From NCBI RefSeq assembly GCF_963676685.1, contig NC_092356.1, positions 64,604,001 through 64,668,000 on the forward strand: a stretch of 64,000 bases of DNA. Reading direction: 5' to 3'. This document shows positions 38,951-50,400 of the stretch, one piece after another. The DNA is from Mytilus edulis (taxonomy: Eukaryota). The translations under genes were made by a program, and so were the position numbers. The notes under the pieces are model-generated. The model saw only the letters and a program-made list of their open reading frames with translations, had not been told where the DNA came from and ran no database searches. Every line of letters starts with the position of its first letter. The stretch's first letter is position 1.

Positions 38951-41483
38951 CTTTCATAAGAATAATTATTTTAATGTATGGATAATATCAAGGTAGCGTT
39001 AAAGCAACATCATGTTAGTTTTTGTTAACATATCGCTGAAATAATATCAAGTATTTGACGATTTCATTGTATTTTTATAGCATATATCCGTATATTTTAT
39101 GAAATATATGCTGGAAGATATAAAGTACTCATAATCATATTCTACAGCTAAAAAAGGTACAACACCAGACAATTATGACGCAATCTAAAATTCAAATTAC
39201 AGGCGATCTGGAAAAATAAAATAATGTACAGTTCCACAAAAGAAGGGCAGAAAATACCAGATAGATATTCAAACTAATAGATAGAAAACAAGCTACCAAC
39301 GTCATGACTAAAAATGAAAAAGACAAAAATAATAGTATACAAGACACAACATAGAAAACTAAAGATTCAGCAACACAAAATAAAACGGTGCAATCTATAA
39401 GTATTGAATAGTATAGAGAATGTATATGGAGAATGTGTCAAATACGCAACAACCTGTACAAGGAGCAAAAAAAAAAGACAGAGGCCACCAAGGGATGCTC
39501 AACGCAGCGTGAAAATTTGACAAACCTGAAACAATACTGTGTCCCTGTTCAGCAAATTGTACACTTTCCTACACTCCGAATCGAAAACTGCTATGATTAC
39601 AAATGTTTTGTAAGATCTCAGCCCTTCCTCTATATATCTAACCAATCATGTTCAAACACCAAACACACAGGAATACGCACATAAATCAGTTCAGAAGAAA
39701 TCCAAATTCAATGTAAGGACAGATTACAGAAGAAATTAAACAAAATGACAATGATAAATATCGTTTGATTAAAGAATACAAGCAGTTACTGAGATGTCAG
39801 ATTCATAATTCTATCAAAGCATACAATGGTACCATAATTGCAAAGTAAATTGAATGATTTCCATAGATCCAATTAAAGGCAAAGTTTACCTATATTCTTT
39901 ACAAGGCGCACAAATATAGAATATGAAAAGAAAAAAAGAAAACGCAAATAATTTGTAGTGTATCATGGACATTGATAGCGATACTGGTTGCGATATAAAA
40001 GAACAATTGAGAACGGGGATTGTGTCAAAGAGACAACCCGACCAAAGAGTTACAAGCCAACAATGGGTCATTAATACAGCAAGAATATTTCGCACCCGTT
40101 AGTGGGCTTCAGCTGGTCACTTAACAAAAATGAGTACAAGTTCATGGTACTCCAAAACATATAATGAACAAATATTTAAAACAACATACAATACAAACAT
40201 CGGCCAGAGGATTCTGATTGGAAATGACACATAAATGCTACATAGTAAAACATGTTTTGTGAGATCTTAACTCTCCACTATACCTCTAGCCAATGCAGGG
40301 GAAACAAAAACACAACAATAAGCAAGGTAAAACTCAGTTTAAAAAAAGTGTGACACCTATTTAGCTACACATACAGATAATGTCACATAAGTAGTTATTG
40401 TCAAGGGCATGGTTGTATTACTTAATGTTCAAGATAGAAATAGTTCATACGCATCTTACAAAATTTGCACAAGATAAAGCTCTAGGTTCATCTATTAGTT
40501 TTAACAATGTTAAACCTTCATTTCAATGGGAACTATATTCACTTTGACAGATTGCTTCCTTAATGTTAGTTTTTGTTTTCATTATCATTTCCTTCTGCTG
40601 TAGCTTTGGCTGGCACACTTCAAATTTGATATATTCAGAAAATGGTTCATTTCATAACTGATTATCTATTTTTTCAAAACTGTTAACAATGTCATTTATC
40701 TTAAGTATGACTAGTTTATACATTGTAATGGTTTGGCAACTTATCAGTAATTTGAACTGATTAGTGTAAAGCAGTATTGCGTTTATCACTGCCTCAATTA
40801 ACTATATGAATATCTGTATGATTTTAAGAAGCTAATGTAATGTGAATATATATGGCATTATTTCATCTACGAAACTTTAACGAGGTCAAAACATTTATAA
40901 AAGATGAACATACAAGAGTTAAATAAAGGTCAAAATTTGAAGATGAGCAAAGAACATTTGGATTTGAGCGCTTCTTGAGAGGGTGAATTAAGAACAGGCA
41001 TGGACTTGATAAATCTTTATTTTTCAACTATCGTCCAGCTTGACATGTTATATTTGTTGCTGGTAGAGATAACTTATCATTTTGAAAGGAAATATATACT
41101 GAGAGAGAAACATTAGATACATAGCTTATTGTATGCTTATATACTATGAAATAAATTCTTAACAAGTTCAAGGCCATTAAATCATAATATATGGTTGAAT
41201 ACATGAGATTTTCGGCAAACTTGTATCTGTCTGATAGTTGTCTCACAGCCAATCATACTTAATTTCCTTTTCTCATATGATAACTGTTTCCTTATTTTTT
41301 CTATCCTATAGGCCTTTAAGAAAATTACTGCATTATTCAAACATAAAAAACTGTAGAATCCATATATTTATGATGTTCTTACTAAATATGTTCAAACTGC
41401 TTAGTCCATTGTGTATGTAAAGATATAAAATAACATGTCAAAGAGGCGATCTTCAATTTTTCTTTCAAATTCAATGCCTTATT

Positions 41484-41591
41484 GCAGATAAAATGTAGAA
41501 AGTTGGCCTATATAATGCCGCAAATAAAATGTAGAAAGTTGGCCTATATAATGCCGCAGATAAAATGTAGGAAGTTGGCTTATATAATGCC
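41484..41591. repeat. Triplicated 36-bp TATA-containing unit
   Basis: GCA(G/A)ATAAAATGTAG(A/G)AAGTTGGC(C/T)TATATAATGCC x3. Single copy at ~22119-22154. Confidence 0.92.
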
Positions 41592-42274
41592 GACATTTAT
41601 TGATAATCGTGACATATTTTTAAACCTTATATAAAGCAATTCCCTATTATAAATAATTGATTACACAGTTCAAATTTAATTATGTGAACTGATATAAAAT
41701 GAGTTATGTAAATTAACTCAACTGTGTTAAATGTTACTATACTTGGTTTAATAATGAGTTATTTGTTTAATGCATAGGGAATAGGGAAACATTAATTAAG
41801 CAGAGATACACGATTACAGTTAGAAACAAGTTTATTTTTATGTCATTATCAGATAAGCCAAAGGACGTTTGAAATTATAATGAATAATGTTTGATGCTGA
41901 TTTTTAAAATTGATGCATTTTAATAGTTTTACAATTATAAGTCAATTTAGCTCCAAACAAAAATGAAATACAAATAACAGTAATAAATTTAATTAAGGTG
42001 TAATACTTTATATTCAATAATTCATTTAACCCCTCCGCAGGTTTGCGCCTGTCCTAAGTCAGGATCATCTAGCCTTGTGTTTTTTTAATTTAAGTTCATT
42101 TCTCTGTTTCAGAGTTTAGTGGGATATCAGTTTCCACTAAACTAGTTCATGTTTTGTGTAGGGCAAATTGAAGAGCTCCCCCGGGTATGACATTATTATG
42201 TGTCGAAGACCCTGTGGTGTCCTTGTTCTGTTGTTTGTGTTTGGTCCGGGTTGTTGCCTCTTTGAATAAACTGA

Positions 42275-42615
42275 TCATTACCAGGATAAAATTTTGTATT
42301 TACGCAAGACGCGCGTTTGGTCAACAAAATACTCATCTGTGACGCTCAAATTCCAAAAAAATAAAAATGCCAAATAAAGTACGAAGTTGAAGATCATTTG
42401 TGACCAAACGTCCTAGACTTTTTGCCAAATACAGCTAAGGTAATATATTCCTAAAGTATAAGAAACTTTTAATTTCCAAAATGCAAAAGTTTGTAAATTT
42501 AACCATCTCAATGATAATTCATGTCAGTGCTGACTTCTGGGCTTGTGATACCCCTGGGGAATTAAAACTCCACCAGCAGTAACATCGAGCCAGTGGTTGT
42601 ACATAAACTCATCAT
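42275..42615 (-). mobile_element. Degenerate H1 hammerhead repeat (other degenerate copies at ~9385-9520 -, 44345-44505 -, 49670-49830 -, 50960-51150 +)
   Basis: Reverse complement reads GCGTCA-CAGATGA-GTATTTTGTTGAC-CAAA-CGCGCG-TC (42303-42345), with the core mutated. Confidence 0.75.
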
Positions 42616-44714
42616 GAGATATTTCCAGTTTCCATTCTCAACTTTGTTTACTAATCATGCAATAAATAGCACAATTTTCATAAGTTATTTCATTTATGCT
42701 TTATTGTATCAATTTAACAAAACTATCCAGCGTGCATTTGAATATGTTTTTTTTTAACACTTGAATATAGATTTATTGCACTAAATCTGTAAACAAGGCC
42801 TTACCGCTACAGCTTTAACTGGAAGGTTAACTAATATTCTTAATAACTATAAAACAGGCTTTCATATCAATTAAGTATTATTTCTTATATTTCATATAAG
42901 AATATATACAATTAAATATAATGTTTAATAATAATTTGATACACTAATCCGAAACTGATAATTTGAAAGAAAAAAAATTGGGGGGGGGGGGGGGTATTTT
43001 TTATCGAATACAATATTTTATATAGGGTTCCATATATATAAGTATTATCTCCTTATTGTTCTTATAAGCATAGTATAATTAAATAAAATGTGCAATTATA
43101 ATATTATACACTTATCCGAAATATAGCTTCTGTATATCTTTGAGAGTAATTATGTATAATTTTAATGCTGTTCGCTAAACAGAACCTAGACATAATTATA
43201 TGTAATAACTATGCTGGTTTGCACTTTCTACTATGTTCAGAAGGCTTGTACAGAGTATGAAAGGCCGTGCTATGGAACTGTTGTGAAGCTGCCTATTCTA
43301 GAGATGGCGTGAATCAGATGTGAATACTTAAAAATTCCAAAGATCTTTTAGAGAACATACAATCTAACTCTCTTTCATCTTGTAATAGTATTCAAACATT
43401 TGACTTTTTCTACACTTAATACAAGTATTTCACATTCCAAACTAAATAACAAATTGAAAGAGTTAGTATTGCTTTTTTTCATAAAAAAGAATGGCTAACG
43501 AAGATACAAGTATCTTGTCTTAGGAAGGGATAAATCCTACTTTGTAAAGGATCACTCTGATTCAAACAAAAAAATCTAAAACTGACATTATCAAGATGCT
43601 TGATTTCTTGATTGACAACATATTTGCTACGTTCAGAGGACGTGTTTTCAATAGACTTACGACATTCCAATGGGAACAAATTATGGCCCACTTCTTGTTT
43701 CTTTATTATTATGAGGCTGACTTCATACAGGAACTTCTTAGGAAGAAAGATAAGAAGTTAGCAATATCCTTTAATTTACTTTCCGCTATATAGATGATGT
43801 TCTTTCACTAAGTAATTCCAAATTTGGTGACTATGTCGAACGCATCTATCCAATTGAACTAGAGATACATGATACAACAGATACAGTTAAGTCGGTCTCA
43901 TATCTTGACTTACATCCAGAAATTGACAATGAGGGTCGATTGAAAACAAAACTTTACGACAAAAGAGATGATTAAAGCTTTCCAATTGTGAACTTTTCAT
44001 TTCTTAGTAGCTTCAATCCAGCAGCACCTGCATACGCTGTATATATCTCCCAATTGATGCGATATTCCCGTGCTTGCATTTCCTATCGTTATTTTCTTGA
44101 TAGAGGGTTGTTTCTCACAAGAAAGCTATTAAATCAAGAGTTCCAAATGGTGAAGTTAAAATTATCTCTTCCTTAATTTTACGGACGCCATCTAGAGTTG
44201 ACCGTTATAGAATAACCGTTTTACAAATGATATCGGATATTTTCCTTACGTCATAACTACAATCCCCCTCCCTTTCATAAATGTGACCTACCGAATTAGA
44301 CTATTTACCGGATTTGTTATCTTATATAAGCCTTATTGTTATACAGGATGACACAAGGATTACAATTTTAAAGGCCAGACGCGCGTTTTATATACAAAAA
44401 CATCATCAGTGACGCTCGAAACAAAAGAGTTAAAAATCCGAAAAAAATCCGAAGTTGAATATGATTAAAGACCCAAACTTTCGAAAGATTTTGCCAAATA
44501 CATCTTAATATTTATTTTGTTATAACATGAGCAACACGACGGGTGCCACATGTGGAGCAGGATCTGCTTACCCTTCCGGCGCACCTCAGATCACCCCTAG
44601 TTTTTGGTGGGGTTCGTGTTGTTTATTCTTTAGTGTTCTATGTTGTGTCGTGTGTACTATTGTTTGTCTGTTTGTGTAACACTAACACTAGATAATTTGA
44701 CAAACAAACTTTTA

Positions 44715-44848
44715 TTACATTATTTTACAATGTATGTGAGAGACACCGTGCGTATAGTGGCATCGGAGAAGTCGCTCCTCGTTACATTATTTTACAATGT
44801 ATGCGAGAGACACCGTGCGTATAGTGGCATCGGAGAAGTCGCTCCTCG
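44715..44848. repeat. 67-bp tandem duplication inside the 3' LTR only
   Basis: 44715-44781 and 44782-44848 differ at one base. The other LTR has a single copy. Confidence 0.95.
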
Positions 44849-46720
44849 TTAGAAAAACGACACAGTTTATATATCTTAACATTCGGCTGACCTCAGCAAC
44901 ATGTGTTGCGCTTTATTGTTTCTCAACACAAATCCTCGATGTAAGTTCATAAGTATAAGTCCATATTAACGGACATCAATCACTGGACGTGCGTTCTACT
45001 GTTTCTTAACGTAAATCCTAGATGTAAGTCTATATGAGTAGATATTAATTACTGGTCGTATTATAATTTGCTGACTCATATAATGTTGACCCAAGTAACT
45101 TTGTTACATTCCTCCAATGATAATAAAAGAAAGTTTCTACACATAGAAATTTTCTTTAAAGTTCGATTTTCATAACAATGTCCTCGTGAGAAAATTTATA
45201 TATCTAACTAAAAGTTTATATGGAAATAAAATGTTTATACAAAATGTTCCAAGGTAAGTCCCACATGACGTTGTCTGGTTCCTTCATATTATAATTTATG
45301 TTATATATACTTTAACATATTTACTCCTGATATAATGTTTCTTCACTTTTCCCTTGCTATAGAGTTCCCACAGTAATAATATATAATTATTATCACAACA
45401 AAATAAAATGTTATATAATAGTATTTCTGTACAAATTAGTGCTCAGATTCCACTTCTTGAATCGACTCGGGAATATTTCCGAGGGTTGACATTCGGCTTA
45501 TCCTCAGCAACCTATTTTCTAATGAAAGTTCTTCAGGTTCCTTGTTACATATATATGTATACTGAGGTGTTCGATTTGACAACGAAGTGTATCTTTTCCG
45601 TTTCGACTTCTGTCTCAAGCCCTTTATAAATGATAGTGGCTTAGATTGTTCATCTTCCTTCGCGGTGACCACGCTCCGAGTTTCTCAACTACTGTGAAGT
45701 ACGTATTTTTTTTGTGTACAAGTGTCGGTCATCATCAGCTAGTGATTCCAGGAATCAACGTTGTAAGGTTTACAATCTAGTCCTATTACTAAGCTGTTGC
45801 CACATCTAGGCTCTATAAACATCGGTCTTCGGTTAAGTTTCGTCCCTGATCAATGGCGCAGAGGAAGATATCTCTCTGGAAGCAGTAACATCTGTCCCAA
45901 CCAATTGTGTTGACACCATTTTGTACCCATTGTTCGTGTCATTAGAACCAGAACTCACACCTTTCCTTTTGGCTAACCAAGACATATTCCCAATAAATTA
46001 ACAGTACAAAAATATGGCTATTCCAATGAAGATCGCACCTAACTCACAGATAAATTTTTTTTTAAATATCAATCTACTACAAAAAAATACTGTAAATCCC
46101 TTAGCGCAAAACATATCAATGTTTTTCTTTATTTGGCTTTTTTCTGAAGATACTTTTCTTGATCTATTAACATTATGTAAATTACTTATCATCACTTATG
46201 TTGATCCTCTAAAGAAGGGGTTGGAATCTAAAATTATAGACTATTTGTTTTCTCTAAACAAACGTGTGTCAACACTACCCAACTGCGTAAACCATAATCA
46301 TCAATGGCTATAATACGCAAACATATTTGTCCTCAATGTACCCTTAACTTCATCTACCAAAGGTTCTAATTCAACTTCCATATACAATGTATACCGGTGC
46401 TCTACAAATTTTACGTAAAACATATATTGTCTAGAATAATTGAATGTATCTTCAAAAAATAACCCATGATATGACCAAAACCCACCATGAAATACGGGGG
46501 GGGGGGGGGGAATGCTTTATAGTATCAGACATTTTAGTTTTTTACATATTTACACTAAACGAAAAACTAGCTTCTTTAAACTTAAAATTTCTTTTTTAAG
46601 AATCATACATATGATTTATCCTATCCATTGAATAGCAGCATAAAATAACCCTAAAAAATAACCCAAATAACCCTTCATTCTGATAAAAAAAAATGTGTAT
46701 TCATAATGTTTTAAATTGAC

Positions 46721-46915
46721 CTATAATACCTTAAAATACCTAATAACAATATTCGTGCCAACCACATCTCGTGAACAAACTTCTGATTTTAAGCCTTTTA
46801 AACATACGGCCTCACTCCCTTTGAAACTAAAAACTTTACCTAATATGTGTGCCATCCCTTGAAAAGCCATTTCTACTTTTTGTACTGACATACAAGAAAT
46901 ATCTTGATTGTCCAT
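46721..46915 (-). CDS. Hypothetical 64-aa ORF just downstream of the PBS (MDNQDISCMSVQKVEMAF...)
   Basis: First ATG-initiated ORF in element sense. No recognisable motif. Confidence 0.25.
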   Translation of the reverse strand: MDNQDISCMSVQKVEMAFQGMAHILGKVFSFKGSEAVCLKGLKSEVCSRDVVGTNIVIRYFKVL

Positions 46916-46987
46916 CAAGAAAAATGAAAGTTACTTAGTTCTTACGTTTTATATTCCTTTGCGTTGTTTAAGCTTGAATCCAAGTCT

Positions 46988-47005
46988 ATCCTGGTCACGG
47001 CACCA
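46988..47005 (-). promoter_or_regulatory. Primer-binding site complementary to the tRNA-His 3' end
   Basis: Minus strand TGGTGCCGTGACCAGGAT. The plus strand ATCCTGGTCACGGCACCA matches the invertebrate tRNA-His(GUG) 3' end plus CCA. It lies 11 nt inside the 5' LTR boundary. Confidence 0.88.
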
Positions 47006-47232
47006 AAAATTACTAGTGTAACACTAACACTAGATAATTTGACAAACAAACTTTTATTACATTATTTTACAATGTATGTGAGAGACACCGTGCGTATAGT
47101 GGCATCGGAGAAGTCGCTCCTCGTTAGAAAAACGACACAGTTTATATATCTTAACATTCGGCTGACCTCAGCAACATGTGTTGCGCTTTATTGTTTCTCA
47201 ACACAAATCCTCGATGTAAGTTCATAAGTATA

Positions 47233-47479
47233 AAAAAAGAGGGACGAAAGATACCAAAGGGACAGTCAAACTCATAAATCTAAAACAAACTGACAACGCC
47301 ATGGCTAAAAATGAAAAAGACAAACAGAAAAACAATAGTACACATGACACAACATAGAAAACTAAAGAATAAACAACACGAACCCCACCAAAAACTAGGG
47401 GTGATCTCAGGTGCTCCGGAAGGGTAAGCAGATCCTGCTCCACATGCGGCACCCGTCGTGTTGCTTATGTGATTACAAA
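47233..47479 (-). mobile_element. PLE family 2 3' tail inserted into the 5' LTR without TSD
   Basis: The other LTR reads AAGTATAA-G-TCCATATTAAC. Here ~247 bp of reverse-oriented tail replaces the G. Confidence 0.92.
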
Positions 47480-50400
47480 TCCATATTAACGGACATCAAT
47501 CACTGGACGTGCGTTCTACTGTTTCTTAACGTAAATCCTAGATGTAAGTCTATATGAGTAGACATTAATTACTGGTCGTATTATAATTTGCTGACTCATA
47601 TAATGTTGACCCAAGTAACTTTGTTACATTTGTCCTTTTCATTTTTAGCCATGGCGTTGTCAGTTTATTTTCGATTTATGAGTTTGGCTGTCCCTCTGGT
47701 ATCTTTCGTCCCTCTTTCCGAAAGAGAGGTGATTACACATCCAGTTGAACCAAATACTGACATTAAATTTACCGAACATTCCAAAGATTATTTGTAGAGA
47801 ATTTTAATGATATTGGTTGATTAGTTTTTGTTGAAAGTTTTAAGCAAAGTGAAAGTTATATTCCGTGTCTGATTTGTGTAATTTACACTATTTTTATGAA
47901 CGCAACATTTAAATGCATAGAAAGTGCATAAATGAACAACTTTGAGATTATGGTTTGTTTATGGTATGTTTTCAAAATTGATACATGATTGTTTTCTCTT
48001 TTTCGAGGATTAACTGATGTTTTTTTTTCTAAAACATCGATGGTGGTGCTTTATTTTTGGCGGACTGTATACAATCAAGAGAACATTCGACACATTAAGG
48101 CACACTGAGAGTGCAAGAAGAGGATATCAATTAACTGTTGACAAATAAGCAGTTATATACTTGCATGCATGCATGAATATCATAAATTAGCAAAATAGTA
48201 CAATTCAACAGAAATATGCAACAATAAGTCGACAATTGACAATATCTCTAAATAAAATGTTAACAACAGTTATTGATGTCGTTAGAAAAATTATATGGAA
48301 AACCTCGGGGGATATTATATTTTTTTCCTTCTCTGTAAAAAGAGAAAATGCAATTTCCAATCAGAAGCCCATTTATTGATAAACAGTGACTCTTTTACTA
48401 TGCAGTTTTGTAAACAGATTATAACCTAAAATGGTTAGTCCATATGCACAACTACTTGCAACGGTCAAAACATATATATAGGGCAGTGCGGTATATTTTC
48501 AACATTTATATGCATCAAACCTGAAGGAGTGTTAAGTTATACTTTATCAATGTATAACCCCCCTTGACTTTAAGCTTCACCAGCATTCAATTGAACTACT
48601 ATCCATGTGTATGAGTCCTGGTAAAATTGTCAAGTTATGTTTCTATTATATAACATGATGTAGATCATATATTAGAACTTGTAGACAGACGTGAATTGTG
48701 CAACAGTTGTATTTACAGCTTACAACCTATATGTATTATTACGTAATTACTAGAAATCATGACTATAATTCCACTGTAAATTATTTATAAAGTAAGGATC
48801 TCTGAAATTGTTGTATAGAGAATTATTTCAATTACACCATAATTGTATTACCAAAAAGACATTATTATTATATAATTACTTTCAGTATATTGAATTTATA
48901 TAAAAGAGAGGCCAAATATATCAAAGGGACATTTAAACTCGTAAGTCGAGAATAAACCATCATCGCCATGGCTAAAACAGAAAAAGACCAATAAAAAACA
49001 TGAACCCCCAACAAAAACATTGAGTAATCTCAGGTATTACAGTCACATATTCCAAATTAAAGATAGATAATTTATTATGAATTAAAGCCTACTTCAAAAC
49101 AGCTCGTTTATTTTATTAACCTGTTCTGTACATGATATGATTAATTATTCATTTTATTTCTAGGCAAGAAGAAAACCAATGATAGAAACTAGATGGATTT
49201 TGTTTTATTTCTTGTTACTAGATTACTTTCTCATTGCAGTATATATTACAAATGTCCTTGAATTCTAATTTGGAAGTAAGATTAACTAATGGTAAACTGA
49301 AATCGGAAAAAATATAGCATTGAAACTTCTAAACATTCATTGCTAATTTCGATGTATGATACCCATCAACCATTCAGCCATAATTATCTTACACGTAAAA
49401 CAAATTACTACCATTCTAGATTTTAAATTACCTTGAACTAAGAAACCTATTTCTTTATTTAACATTATATATTGGATTATACAAAGTCACGCTCATTCCG
49501 TAATGAAATACGTATTCTGTTTTTCAGAGTTTCATAGTTTCACGTTATTTAGCGATATTTCACATTCTGATGAATGTTGTAAGCATTTAAAACCCGTTGC
49601 ACTACACTTGAATGTCTGAAAAATAAATATGTGTCAATTGTTATATGTGTACGTTAAATCGGCGGAAATAGCCCTCATGATAAACCCAAGAATTAAAATT
49701 ATGTTAGCCAGACGCACGTTTCTTTAAAAAAAAAAACTCAACATTTACGTTCGAATGAATGAAAAATTGAAAAGGCAAAATAAAGTACGAATTTGAAGTG
49801 ATGATCTAACGTTCAGAAAGATTTTGCTCCGAAAAAGCATGTTAGCATTGACAAAGAACGAAAAGCGACTATCAAATGGTGTTTTCGCACTTCGTTTTCT
49901 TCTCAGCCCTTTTACAGCCCCAGCAATGTTTTTGAAATGCTATTTTTGTTTCTATAAAGACTCTTGACAGCCACTCTCAGCCTCATTCTGAAATGGTAGT
50001 GCAAAAAATATGCTTAAAGATCAAGACTGCTTCAGCAGATGATAAACACTCTGTCAAGATAAAAGTAAATTAAACTTATTGTTTTTTGTGACAATTCGTA
50101 ACACTGATGCATGCCATAACATATTTCTTTATCGTGACAATTCTTAATATTGATTCATGCCATCACAGAATGGGAGACAAACTATGCTTTGGTTTTGTTA
50201 TACAACTTGTCTAATGGCATTCCTAAAATACATTAGTTCTGATGTAATGGCTTAAATTTGATTACGTACATACCACCCTGATAAAAAACATTGGGATGTT
50301 TTTGTCTGTGAAACTGCCACAATATAACCATCAAAACCCTATCATAAAATTCTATTGAAATTTTCCTTAAATAATTCCATTGGACTTTTTCTCTTTAGAC

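Larger units (their letters stand above)
23370..41730. repeat. Segmental duplication copy C (most heavily invaded by elements)
   Basis: Same block order as B2 and D. It ends in the TATATAATGCCGAC...GTTATGTAAA.TAACTCAACTGT block also seen at 22140-22290. Confidence 0.85.
44675..47628 (-). mobile_element. Young non-autonomous LTR retroelement with tRNA-His PBS and 4-bp TSD
   Basis: LTRs 44675-45108 and 47017-47628, both TGTAACA...TGTTACA and almost identical. TTTG duplicated at 44671-44674 and 47629-47632. PBS at 46988-47005 and short purine tract GGAGGAA next to the 3' LTR. No gag/pol. Confidence 0.93.
43238..47717 (+). mobile_element. Penelope-like retroelement family 2 (degenerate RT ~43300-44250) with nested H1 repeat and LTR element
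   Basis: Broken frames give GVNQM*ILKNSKD, TFDF, FLIDNIF, YIDDVL, SYLDL, KLYDKRDD, VYISQLMRYSRAC. The tail 44516-44674 joins 47633-47717 once the LTR element is removed. Confidence 0.9.

Noticed and set aside
40880-40990. Neuropeptide- or antimicrobial-propeptide-like frame EDEQRTFGFERFLRG*
   Set aside because: There is an in-frame stop just upstream, no signal peptide or cysteine array, and the frame is not kept in paralog ~20910-21010.
44540-44620. HDV-like ribozyme in the PLE tail
   Set aside because: A P1-like stem is possible, but the nested P1.1/P3 pseudoknot and the catalytic J4/2 strand cannot be assigned.
45670-45840. Directed C-to-T hypermutation or stop-codon recoding in the LTR interior
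   Set aside because: About five stops in ~60 codons is what random AT-rich sequence gives, and every stop codon begins with T, so the pattern is uninformative without a family consensus.
46200-46690. Mitochondrial insertion suggested by the G/T-rich minus strand
   Set aside because: I could not recognise any mitochondrial protein, rRNA or tRNA sequence, and it lies wholly within the LTR element.
46988-47005. tRNA-His gene
   Set aside because: Only the last 18 nt including CCA are present, next to an LTR, so it is a primer-binding site.
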